The position numbers were made by a program, and so were the translations under genes. Shown piece after piece: positions 8,859-18,818 of a DNA stretch of 64,000 bases. Position 1 is the first letter of the stretch; each line of letters opens with the position of its first letter. The notes beneath the pieces were generated by a model. It ran no database searches. It was not told the origin of the DNA and saw only the letters and a program-made list of their open reading frames with translations. The DNA comes from Longimicrobiales bacterium (GTDB lineage Bacteria; Gemmatimonadota; Gemmatimonadetes; Longimicrobiales; Gaopeijiaceae): assembly GCA_965198065.1 (NCBI GenBank), contig CBDAON010000004.1, forward strand, positions 928,001 through 992,000. The letters are read 5' to 3'.

Positions 8859-10232
8859 TCATCCTGGGGTGGTCCTCGGCGCTATGCCACGCGCCTCAAG
8901 CCATCGTTCGGCCTCCACCCGGAGCGAATCCCGACGGTTCAGGGATGGATCATCCAGGGCGAGGTCGAGCAGCGAACGTAGCACCTCCCCGAAATGGGGG
9001 CCGGGCGCGAAGCCCATCCGTATGAGGTCGCGGCCGCTGAAGTCCAGCTCCTCCACTCGAAGGGGCGCGTCGGAGCGGGCCAACCGGCGGAGGCGGGTCG
9101 CGAGGATCGTGAACCCGTGGCGACCGTGGGCTCCCTGCCCGGCCCGGCCCCGCGCCTCGTCCGCCCTGACGGAGGCGCTCCAGATTCGGAGAACCGATCC
9201 CAGCCTGGCCCGGCCCGCCGAGGCTAACCAGCGTCGAAGCTCGGCGTCGGACGCCTCCGGGGCCGGGGGTCTGGAGGAAAGGGCGGCGACCTCGGCGATC
9301 TCCCGAATGCGCGCGTTCGATGCCCGGAGTCGCTCGAGGACCGCGGCCGCACGGAGGAGGGTGAGCGTGGGGGGCGTGGCCCCCGCCTCATCCTCCCCGT
9401 GCCCCGCCGCCTCACCGACGCCCTGGAAGAGCGCGGCCCATCGGAGGTCCGGTCGGACCCGAGCGATGCGGTCCACGGTCTCCAGGGCGTGCGCGAACCA
9501 CTCCACCCCCGGCTCGCGCACGCACCCCACGGTGCGGTCCAGCTCGGGGAAGAGGGAGCGGGCAACGCCCGAAGCCGCGTAGAGCGCGAGAGAACGCGAC
9601 GGGGGCGCCACTCCCGCGAGGATCCTCTGGAGCTCTTCGTGGAGGCGCTCCGAGGAAAGGACGCCGAGGTTCTCGACGGCTCGAACGAGAGCTCGCCAGG
9701 TATCGGCCTCGATATCGAGGCGAAATGTGCCCGCGAAGCGCAGAGCGCGGAGCACTCGCAGGTAATCCTCGGCGAACCGGCGGGACGGATCTCCCACGGT
9801 CCTGAGCACCCGACGAGCCATGTCCTCCCGCCCCCCGAAGGGGTCGTGGACAACCTCGCGAACGGGATGCCAGGCCACGGCGTTGATCGTGAAGTCCCGG
9901 CGGGCAAGGTCCTCGTCCAGCGTATCCGCGAAGGCAACCTCGGCGTGCCGGCCCGTCGTGCGTACGTCCTTCCGGAACGTAGTGACCTCGTACAGGGTCC
10001 CGTCCCTGAAAAGTACCCCGACCGTCCCATGTTCGAGACCGATCGGAACCGTGCGAGGGAAGACCTTCTTCACCTGACTGGGCCGAGCGGCTGTCGTGAA
10101 GTCCCAGTCGTAGGATGAAAGCCCGGAGACGGCGTCGCGGACTGCACCCCCCACGGCCCAGGTCTCGTAGCCCGCCTCCTCGAGCCTGGAGACGATCCAG
10201 TGCGCGGCTTTGGGAGCGGGCAGGCGCGTCAT
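8859..10232 (-). CDS. cca: CCA tRNA nucleotidyltransferase (class II)
   Basis: VGGAVRD, DWDFTT, EVTTFR, DLARRDFTINA, RFAEDYLRVLRALRF. ATG 10232 overlaps the upstream stop. Confidence 0.9.
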   Translation of the reverse strand: MTRLPAPKAAHWIVSRLEEAGYETWAVGGAVRDAVSGLSSYDWDFTTAARPSQVKKVFPRTVPIGLEHGTVGVLFRDGTLYEVTTFRKDVRTTGRHAEVAFADTLDEDLARRDFTINAVAWHPVREVVHDPFGGREDMARRVLRTVGDPSRRFAEDYLRVLRALRFAGTFRLDIEADTWRALVRAVENLGVLSSERLHEELQRILAGVAPPSRSLALYAASGVARSLFPELDRTVGCVREPGVEWFAHALETVDRIARVRPDLRWAALFQGVGEAAGHGEDEAGATPPTLTLLRAAAVLERLRASNARIREIAEVAALSSRPPAPEASDAELRRWLASAGRARLGSVLRIWSASVRADEARGRAGQGAHGRHGFTILATRLRRLARSDAPLRVEELDFSGRDLIRMGFAPGPHFGEVLRSLLDLALDDPSLNRRDSLRVEAERWLEARGIAPRTTPG

Positions 10233-11050
10233 GCCCGGAGGAAGGACAGGAGTCGCCGGAGCAGTCCCGGCCTTCCTTCCAGCCTCGGCACGGGCAGGGG
10301 CCGCTCTCCCCGGGCGATCCGTCCCGGATTGATGCCAGTGAGAAGGGACCAGGCCTCGGTCGCGTCTAACTTCTCGAAGGTCTCCCGGGCGCCGTCCACG
10401 AACAGGGGGAGCGACGGACTCCCGTGGAAATCCGTCGAGAGGCAGTCGACCCAGCCCTGCTCTAGCAGCCTGAACGCCTGCTCGCGGGGCTGGGGGCCGT
10501 ACTTTCCGAGGAGCGACCCGTAGTTTACCTGACACATCGCGCCCTCCCCGCGCCACCGCTCGACGACCGTCATCCCCTCGTCGTACCCCGCGTACCGCTC
10601 GGCGTGAGCGATCACGATCTCGACCCCGTGTTTGTGGAGCGCCCGTATCACGGCAGGGGTCTCGGGCGGGATCTGGAGCCGCGGCCACTCCGCAAGCACG
10701 AGGTCCGTCCCGGCGAGTCGAACGCGCGGATCGGAGAGATCCGGGTCGGGGACGTCGAGCATCACCTCGTGGCCACGTCGCAGATCCACGCCGGGGACCA
10801 GCTCCGCGACCGCGGCGGCCAGCGTGTCGAAGACCGCGTCCACCTCGGAGAGCCTCCGCTCGAGCGCTCGACCGTCACGGGTGAGGCTTCCGTTCAGGTG
10901 TGGGGTCGTGACGATAGTCCGGATCCCTTCGGACCGCATCCTCTCGACCCCCTCGAGCGCGTCTTCCAGGACGCGTGCCCCGTCGTCCACGCCCGGGACC
11001 AGATGGGAGTGGAGGTCGGTCAGGGAGGGGCTCTGCCCATCCGTCGTCAT
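10229..11050 (-). CDS. CpsB/CapC/YwqE-family PHP protein-tyrosine phosphatase
   Basis: DLHSHLVPGVDDG, TTPH, GHE, IAHAERY, STDFH metal-binding motifs. Confidence 0.88.
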   Translation of the reverse strand: MTTDGQSPSLTDLHSHLVPGVDDGARVLEDALEGVERMRSEGIRTIVTTPHLNGSLTRDGRALERRLSEVDAVFDTLAAAVAELVPGVDLRRGHEVMLDVPDPDLSDPRVRLAGTDLVLAEWPRLQIPPETPAVIRALHKHGVEIVIAHAERYAGYDEGMTVVERWRGEGAMCQVNYGSLLGKYGPQPREQAFRLLEQGWVDCLSTDFHGSPSLPLFVDGARETFEKLDATEAWSLLTGINPGRIARGERPLPVPRLEGRPGLLRRLLSFLRA

Positions 11051-11057
11051 CCCCGGG

Positions 11058-11381
11058 CTACGCCTCGTCGCCGAGAATGGCCAGGACGTCACGCAGTCCC
11101 GCCTCGGGATCCTCCTCGTTCAGGCAGGCCTCGATGGTATACGTGAGAAGCCCGTCTGCTGCGAGCAGGGCATAGGCCCCCTCGCGTACCCGTCCCGGCC
11201 GGCGCAGGGCCTCGCGAAGCGCCCGCACCGCGCCACGGGTCAGCTCGGGCGCGCTCCTGTCGAGCGGCACGAGCCCGTACCGCTCCATCCATTCCCTCAC
11301 CTCCGGCGGCACCGTCGGCGCCCCCGACTCGTCGGCGCTCATCGGGCCCTCCCCGGACCCACGCGCCTGGCCCTGGCTCAT
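11058..11381 (-). CDS. Small conserved hypothetical helical protein
   Basis: ATG overlaps the alaS stop (ATGA). Contains REGAYALLAADGLLTYTIEA. Alternative start at MSADES. Confidence 0.6.
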   Translation of the reverse strand: MSQGQARGSGEGPMSADESGAPTVPPEVREWMERYGLVPLDRSAPELTRGAVRALREALRRPGRVREGAYALLAADGLLTYTIEACLNEEDPEAGLRDVLAILGDEA

Positions 11382-14046
11382 CCGCGGCCTTCGGCGAGGG
11401 CGTGTCTCAGCGCCTGCTCTCCGGCCTCGAGCGCCTCGTTCACCCGGGCCCGATCCTCGACTCCGGCCTGCGCCATGTGCGACTTGCCTCCACCCCGGCC
11501 CCCGGTGACCGCCGCGATCTCCCTGACCAGCGCACCCGCCTTCACGCCGCGACCCACTAGGTCGTCCGTCACGAACACGTAGAAGCTGAGCTTCTCGTCC
11601 GAGGATTCCGCAGCCAGGGCGGTGACAGACATGGACTCCTTGGCTCGCAGTGCGTCGCCGAACGCCCGCGCGTCCTCGGCATCCTTCACCTTCACGCGCA
11701 GCGCCTGGTAGCGCGCGGTGCCGCCGTCGTCCAGGGGAATCACGGCCTCGTGGATTGGAATCTCGCTCGCCCCGCCCCCTCGGCGGAGCTCCGCGAGCAG
11801 CCCCTCGAGCCGGTCCCGCTCCGCGATCAGATCTTCCACGCGCCGTGCGAGGGACTCCCGCCCGGTCTTGAGAGTCCGGGCTAGCTCGTCGAGCTCCCAC
11901 TCAGATCGTCGCAGCCGGACGAACGCCGAGCGCCCCGTGAGGGCCTCGATCCTCCGCACGCCGGCCGCGACCCCGCTCTCGCGGACCACGGTAAAGAGCC
12001 CGATCTCCCCCGTGTGTCGGAGGTGCGTCCCCCCGCAGAGCTCGAGGCTGACTCCGGGAATCTCCACGACGCGAACGCGGCTGCCGTACTTCTCGCCGAA
12101 CAGCGCCATCGCCCCCTCAGCGAGCGCATCCTCCCGGGAGGTGATTCGCCACCGAACCGGGTGGTCCCGCCAGATCGCCTCGTTCACGTCGCGCTCGAGC
12201 GCGTCGATCTCGGCCAGCGTCAGCGGGTCGGGGTGCGAGAAGTCGAAGCGGAGGCGCTCAGGGTGGACGAGGGACCCCCGCTGCTGGACGTGATCACCGA
12301 GCACCTTCCGGAGCGACGCGTGAAGGAGGTGAGTCGCCGTGTGGTTCCTCTCCGTGTCGTGGCGGGCGTCCGCGTCCACCGACGCCACCGCCCTCAAGGC
12401 GCTGTCCTCCCCGTCCGGGAAGCGACCCTCGAGGGGTCCGAAGACGGCCGTGCGTCCTTCGACTCTCCGCACCTCGTCCACTGGGATCCGCCACCCGTCT
12501 CCCTCCACCACGCCCCAGTCCGCGACCTGCCCTCCCGCTTCCGCGTAGAACGGGTTCTCGCTGAGGATGAGGCCGACGCGCTCGTCCTCGCTCACGAACG
12601 CCCCAACCGCCGTCTCAACGGCACGGGAGTCCCAGCCCACCCACTCCTGGGAAGCCTCCGGGGCCAGGACCGTCCACTCCTCGAGACCCGGAACCCGCTT
12701 CGGCGCGGACCCCGCCTCGGCGCGATCCGCTCGACTGCGCGCCCTCTGCTCCTCGAGCGCGCGCTGGAAACCCTCCTCGTCCACCTGGTATCCTCGCTCC
12801 CTGCCGATGACCTGCGTGAGGTCCAGAGGGAAGCCAAACGTATCGTAGAGGCGGAATACCTCCGACCCGGGGATGATTGTCGCCTTTCTTCCCGCCTCGC
12901 GGGAGCGCCTCGGAGCGATCTCGTCCAGGCGCGCCATCCCCCCCTCGATGGTTGTCAGAAACCGCTCCTCCTCCCTCCGCACCGTCTCCAGCACCTGAGG
13001 AGCCCTCTCGCCCAGCTCCGCATAGACGTCCCGCATCAGATCCACGACTTCCTCGACCACGTGCACCAGCGCCGGCTCGGTAAGGCCGAGGTGCCACGCA
13101 TGCCTCACCCCGCGGCGGAGGATCCTTCGCAGCACGTATCCGCGTCCCTCGTTCGACGGGACGACTCCGTCGGTCGAAAGGAACGCCACCGCCCGGGCAT
13201 GGTCCGCGAGGACCCGGTAGCTCACCCCTTCCTCGTGGTCCCGGCGGTACGGACGACCGACGATCTCCGCGACCCGCTCCAGGAGCGGAAGAAACAGGTC
13301 CGTGTGGTAGTTCGAGTCCACGCCCTGGAGCACGGCGGCGAGCCGCTCGAGCCCCGCCCCGGTATCGATCGAGGGGGCCGGAAGGGGCGTCAAGACGCCC
13401 TCGCGGTCGCGATCGAACTGCATGAACACGAGGTTCCAGAGCTCCAACACGTCACCGCGCTCGCCCAGGGCCTCGAACTCCGTACGGGACGGGACGTTTC
13501 GGGCCGATTCGGCCCTCAGGTCGTAATGGAGCTCCGAGCACGGCCCGCAGGGGCCCGTGTCAGCCATCTGCCAGAAGTTGTCCTTGTCCCCGAGGCGATG
13601 GATACGCTTCGGGGAGATTCCCGAGACGTCTCGCCACGCCTGGTGCGCCTCGTCGTCGCTCTCGTGAACCGTGACGAAAACTCGGCCCGCCTCGAGACCC
13701 AATTCCTTAGTCGTGAGCTCCCACGCGAACGCGATCGCCTCGCGCTTGAAGTAGTCGCCGAAGGAGAAGTTCCCGAGCATCTCGAAGAACGTGTGATGCC
13801 CGGCCGTGAGCCCGACCTGCTCGAGGTCATTGTGCTTTCCGCCCGCACGCACGCACTTCTGAGCCGTGACCGCCCGCCGGTAAGGAACCCGCTCCTCACC
13901 CAGGAACACCTTCTTGAACTGCACCATCCCGGCGTTCGTGAAGAGGAGGGTCGGATCGTCTGCCGGAACGAGCGACGAGCTGAGGAGGAGCTCGTGTCCC
14001 CGCAGCTGGAAGTAGTCGAGGAAGCGGCTTCGGATGTCCGCAGCCT

Positions 14047-14050
<4 letters not shown>
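11378..14050 (-). CDS. alaS: Alanine--tRNA ligase
   Basis: [51 protein letters not shown], editing HTATH/ELCGGTH, C-terminal GGRGGG. Confidence 0.99.
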
Positions 14051-15111
<1,061 letters not shown>

Positions 15112-15205
15112 CGCCTCCTTCCTCCTCGCTCTGTAGGCCTCGCGCCTGGCCCGCACTCGATTGGCCCGGAACCTGGTCGATCGGTCTCACCGAGCCGAAG
15201 ATAGA

Positions 15206-15226
15206 GAACCCGAACAGAACGCGAAA
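15206..15226 (-). promoter_or_regulatory. Candidate LexA (SOS) box, GTTC-N7-GTTC, in the recA promoter
   Basis: Plus strand GAAC(15206-09)-N7-GAAC(15217-20) with an overlapping GAAC(15212-15)-N7-GAAA, just upstream of a minus-strand -10-like TATCTT (15198-15203). Confidence 0.5.
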
Positions 15227-15436
15227 GTACTCCTTACACCACATCCGACCCGGGGCCATGCCCCCTCCGGCGCCCCCTGCCCCGCCCCAAATCTAGGCCG
15301 AGCGAGGGGGCATCGAAATGACACCGCGGGACGGACCTCCGGAGCGCTCGACGCACACACGGTCGGCTTGCCGCGCTCGGGAACGCGCGACCATCTTCGT
15401 TACGTCCCTACACACAGCTACTCCAAGCAGGGGCTC

Positions 15437-15910
15437 ATGGACGCCGATCCCCCGGACAGCCGGCCTTCGCGCCGCCGTGCCCGCTGCCACTCGGTGGAGA
15501 CGAGGACCTCCCGTGACTCCCGCTGCATGGTGCGGGTGGAAGTGGAGTGGATCAGCGGCGAGATCGTCGAGGGGCAGGGACAGGCCACGGACACGCCCGA
15601 GGGCCGCATGCAGGCCGGCGCGACCGCCGCTCTCGAAGCCGTTTCTCGTGTCGGAGAGGGAGCCATCGGCCTCGAGATCCGAGGGACCAAGCTGGTTCGG
15701 GCTTTCGACGGCCTGATCGTGATCGCGGCGCTGCGCGCGCTCCGCGGGGAACACCGATACGACCTGATCGGGTCCACGGTGGCCCCGCGGGACGACGTGG
15801 CGCGTGGTGCCGTCCTTACGGTGCTCGACGCCACGAACTGGATCCTGGAGCCGCGCGCCCCGGTGGAGGCGGCAGGCGACCCGAACGTGCCAGAGACATC
15901 GCTGGAATGA
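15437..15910 (+). CDS. Hypothetical protein (alpha/beta, ends LIGS..RGAVLTVLDATN)
   Basis: Protein-like ORF divergent from recA. Upstream TTGCCG-N18-CATCTT promoter-like element. Confidence 0.65.
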   Translation: MDADPPDSRPSRRRARCHSVETRTSRDSRCMVRVEVEWISGEIVEGQGQATDTPEGRMQAGATAALEAVSRVGEGAIGLEIRGTKLVRAFDGLIVIAALRALRGEHRYDLIGSTVAPRDDVARGAVLTVLDATNWILEPRAPVEAAGDPNVPETSLE

Positions 15911-15938
15911 AGGAGACCTTCGCCGGTCCGCCGCGCCG

Positions 15939-16106
15939 TCAGGACTCGATCTTCTCCTCCACCTTCCTTAGCCGTCGGAGGATCGAGACCACCCAACCGA
16001 AGATGAGCACCCACGCCGCCGCGTAAGCCACGAATACGTGCCAGAAGTGCCGCATCTCCAAGCTGCCTTCCTGGACGGCCTGGAGGAGCAGGGCCTCGAG
16101 AGTCAT
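15939..16106 (-). CDS. ccmD: Heme exporter protein D-like small membrane protein (55 aa)
   Basis: Hand translation MTLEALLLQAVQEGSLEMRHFWHVFVAYAAAWVLIFGWVVSILRRLRKVEEKIES: single TM with AY motif and charged tail, directly after ccmC. Below the ORF-track cutoff. Confidence 0.75.
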   Translation of the reverse strand: MTLEALLLQAVQEGSLEMRHFWHVFVAYAAAWVLIFGWVVSILRRLRKVEEKIES

Positions 16107-16122
16107 CGGGGAGCGTTCCTCG

Positions 16123-16818
16123 TCAGATCGTGGTGGTGGGGGCAGCCTGCTCCGCCCGCGCCTCGAGTCGTGCCACCCCGTAGCGCAGGAGGAAGAGGGA
16201 CAGGAAGAGGAAGGTGAACGCCACCAGGGCGAGCATCAGCGTCGTGAGCATGTCGCCGGGGAGCTGCGGGGCCCCCGCCGTCTGGAGCACGACGGGCTCT
16301 GGGTGGAGCGAGCGGAACCAGACGACGCTCACGTGGATGAGGGGGATGTTGAACGCCCCCACGATCCCGAGCACCGCCGCGAACTTCTTTCCGCGCTCGG
16401 GGCTGTCGGTGGCGTTCCGCACCAGGAAGTACCCCAGATAGATGAACCACAGGAGAAGCGTCAACGTGAGCCTCATCTCCCACGTCCACCAGGTTCCCCA
16501 GGAGATACGCGCCCAAAGGGGGCCCGTGACGAGCACGATCGTGGTGAAGAGCATCCCACCTTCCGCGGCCGACCTCGCGGCCTGATCGAGCTTCTCCTCG
16601 CCCAGCCAGAGGTACACGGCGCTACAGAACGCTACGATTCCGAAGGCGAAGAACGCGACCCACGCCGAAGGGACGTGGATGTAGAAGATCCGCTGGACGA
16701 TCCCGAGCGTGGCCTCCGTGGACACCCAGAAGAAGACCTGCCAGTGGAAGACGAGGGTCAGGGCGACCCCGAGCGCACCCAGGGTGAGCGCCGCGAGCCG
16801 TATCGTCCTCAGCGACAT
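16123..16818 (-). CDS. ccmC: Heme exporter protein C
   Basis: RIFYIHVPSAW, WWD-type TGPLWARISWGTWWTWEMRL, WFRSLHP. Confidence 0.92.
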   Translation of the reverse strand: MSLRTIRLAALTLGALGVALTLVFHWQVFFWVSTEATLGIVQRIFYIHVPSAWVAFFAFGIVAFCSAVYLWLGEEKLDQAARSAAEGGMLFTTIVLVTGPLWARISWGTWWTWEMRLTLTLLLWFIYLGYFLVRNATDSPERGKKFAAVLGIVGAFNIPLIHVSVVWFRSLHPEPVVLQTAGAPQLPGDMLTTLMLALVAFTFLFLSLFLLRYGVARLEARAEQAAPTTTI

Positions 16819-17498
16819 CACTCCTCCACGATGTAGCGAAAGAGCAGCACTCCGGCCGTAAGGGCTACGAGCGTGAAGGCCGAGAGGATCCGCAAGTTGC
16901 CATGCACTCCGGCGGCGGGGAAGCCCTGGAGTAGCTGGCCGGTTCCGTTGGCCCCAAAGGTCACCACCGGAACGAGGAGGGGGAAGAGGAGGACCGGGAG
17001 GAGAGTCGTCCCGATGCGAGTGCCGGCCGTGATCCCGCTGAAGAGGGTGCCGAGCGAGACGAACCCCAGCGTCCCCATCCCCAGGTGGAGGGCCAGCCAC
17101 CCCGGGTTCCGGGTGAGATCCACCTGGAAGAAGAACGCGACCGTGAACACGGTCAGGGCCACGATCGTCCCGACGAGGACTGCGTTCGAGACCACCTTAC
17201 CGAGGAAGAGCGCGTCCCGCGGCACGGGAGCAACGAGAAGACCATCGATCGCGCCCTCGTCCTTCTCAAGCTCGAAGGTCCGACCGAGGCCGAGGAGCCC
17301 GCCCAGGAGGAGCGTCATCCAGATAAGCGCGGAGGCGATGTCGCGCGGTTGGACGACCCCGTGATCGATGGCGTAATTGAAGAGGAACGCGGTGAGCACG
17401 ACGAACGCCGCCATCGTGGCGAAGCGCTCGCGCGTCCGCCACTCTACGCGGAGGTCCTTCGCCGCGATGGCCCAGACCTGTCGTAGATACCGCTTCAC
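16818..17498 (-). CDS. ccmB: Heme exporter protein B
   Basis: KDLRVEWR, FELEKDEGAIDGL, LLPVLLFPLLVPV, six TM segments. Confidence 0.92.
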   Translation of the reverse strand: MKRYLRQVWAIAAKDLRVEWRTRERFATMAAFVVLTAFLFNYAIDHGVVQPRDIASALIWMTLLLGGLLGLGRTFELEKDEGAIDGLLVAPVPRDALFLGKVVSNAVLVGTIVALTVFTVAFFFQVDLTRNPGWLALHLGMGTLGFVSLGTLFSGITAGTRIGTTLLPVLLFPLLVPVVTFGANGTGQLLQGFPAAGVHGNLRILSAFTLVALTAGVLLFRYIVEE

Positions 17499-18220
17499 AC
17501 CGCTTCCCTCGACCCGTCGTCCACCCGTCGCCGGTAGAACGCCTCCTCCTCCCCCGGGGGAATCTCGCTACGCCCTCCGAGGAACGCGAAGCGGCCGTCC
17601 ACCTGGATCGCGACCCGGTCCGCGAGGGCTAGCCCCTCGGACAGGTTGTGCGTGACGAGGACCACGGTCCGACGGCCGTCCTTGAGCTCCCCCAGGACCT
17701 CACGGAGCAGCCCCGACGCATGGACGTCCAGGCCCGTGAACGGCTCGTCCAGGAGCACGAGCGACGGATCGTGGAGGAGGGTCCGGGCCAGCGCGAGCCG
17801 CTGCCTCATCCCCCGTGAAAACCCGTTCACGGGTCGGTCCGCGTGGCGAGCGAGCCCCACCCGCTCGAGGCGCTCGGCGACGCGTTCGTCGAGCCCTTCC
17901 AGGTCGTAGAGCCGTCCGAAGAAGACGAGGTTCTCGCGGGCGGTGAGGGGTCCGTAGAGGAAGCTCCGGTGGGAGAGGAGCCCGATCTCACGGCGCCACT
18001 CGGTCCGCGCGGCGTCCCGGGGCTCTCCCCGGAAACGGATCTCTCCCGCGTGGGGTCGGAGCGCGCCGGCGAGCATGCCGAGCAGAGTGGTCTTCCCCGC
18101 GCCGTTCGGGCCGAAGACCGATAGGAGCTCCCCCTCGTCGACCGCGAAGGAGACGTCCCGTACCGCATGGATCGGACCGTAGCGGCGCGCGAGCCCCTGC
18201 ACCTCGAGGACGGGCGCCAA
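17495..18220 (-). CDS. ccmA: Heme ABC exporter ATP-binding protein
   Basis: GPNGAGKTT, FSRGMRQR, LLDEPFTGLD, adjacent to ccmB. Confidence 0.9.
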   Translation of the reverse strand: MAPVLEVQGLARRYGPIHAVRDVSFAVDEGELLSVFGPNGAGKTTLLGMLAGALRPHAGEIRFRGEPRDAARTEWRREIGLLSHRSFLYGPLTARENLVFFGRLYDLEGLDERVAERLERVGLARHADRPVNGFSRGMRQRLALARTLLHDPSLVLLDEPFTGLDVHASGLLREVLGELKDGRRTVVLVTHNLSEGLALADRVAIQVDGRFAFLGGRSEIPPGEEEAFYRRRVDDGSREAV

Positions 18221-18223
18221 ACC

Positions 18224-18724
18224 TTACGAGCTCCCTCGCCGAGTGGCCGGCAGGGCCGCCCCGCAGTCTCCGCAGAACCGGCTTCCGCGAGGATTGGGGT
18301 GCGCGCACTGTGGGCAGATCACGCCTTCGCGGATCGACGCTCGGAGGGCCTCGATCTCCTGCTCCATGGCCGCCGCGGCCCGGGCGTCCGCGGGCTCCCC
18401 TACGGCCCCGATCCCGTCCGGCTCGCCCCGGTCCGCCGCGCCTGCCCTGCCTCGCCACTCCTCTTCCTCCAGGTCGATCGCCTGGAGAGCCTCATCCGCC
18501 AGCTCCTGCTTCAGCTGGAGGTAGTCGGCCTTGTCCAGCTTCCCAGCATGGAAGTCGTACTCCACGTCCCGGAGAGCCAGGAGGGTCACGCGCTTTCGGT
18601 GCTGGGTGTCCGTGAGCTCACCCTCGTCGGGGTCGAGCGGAGCCTCGAGCCCCACCGCCACGGGATGGAGAACGAAGAAGACCACGGCCGCGGCGAGGAA
18701 GATGGCCGGAACGAGAACGCTCAT
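18224..18724 (-). CDS. CcmI/CycH N-terminal-like membrane anchor fused to a C-terminal zinc ribbon
   Basis: N-terminal TM, LRDVEYDFHAGKLDKADYLQL, then CPQC..FCGDCG. Confidence 0.75.
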   Translation of the reverse strand: MSVLVPAIFLAAAVVFFVLHPVAVGLEAPLDPDEGELTDTQHRKRVTLLALRDVEYDFHAGKLDKADYLQLKQELADEALQAIDLEEEEWRGRAGAADRGEPDGIGAVGEPADARAAAAMEQEIEALRASIREGVICPQCAHPNPRGSRFCGDCGAALPATRRGSS

Positions 18725-18818
18725 CTCGTGGTGCTCGGCACAGGTACGGTGACCCGCGTGTCGCGTCGCCTGCGCGGTTCGGCGCGGGACCGACGACGGG
18801 GCGTCCGAGGGCCCGGAG

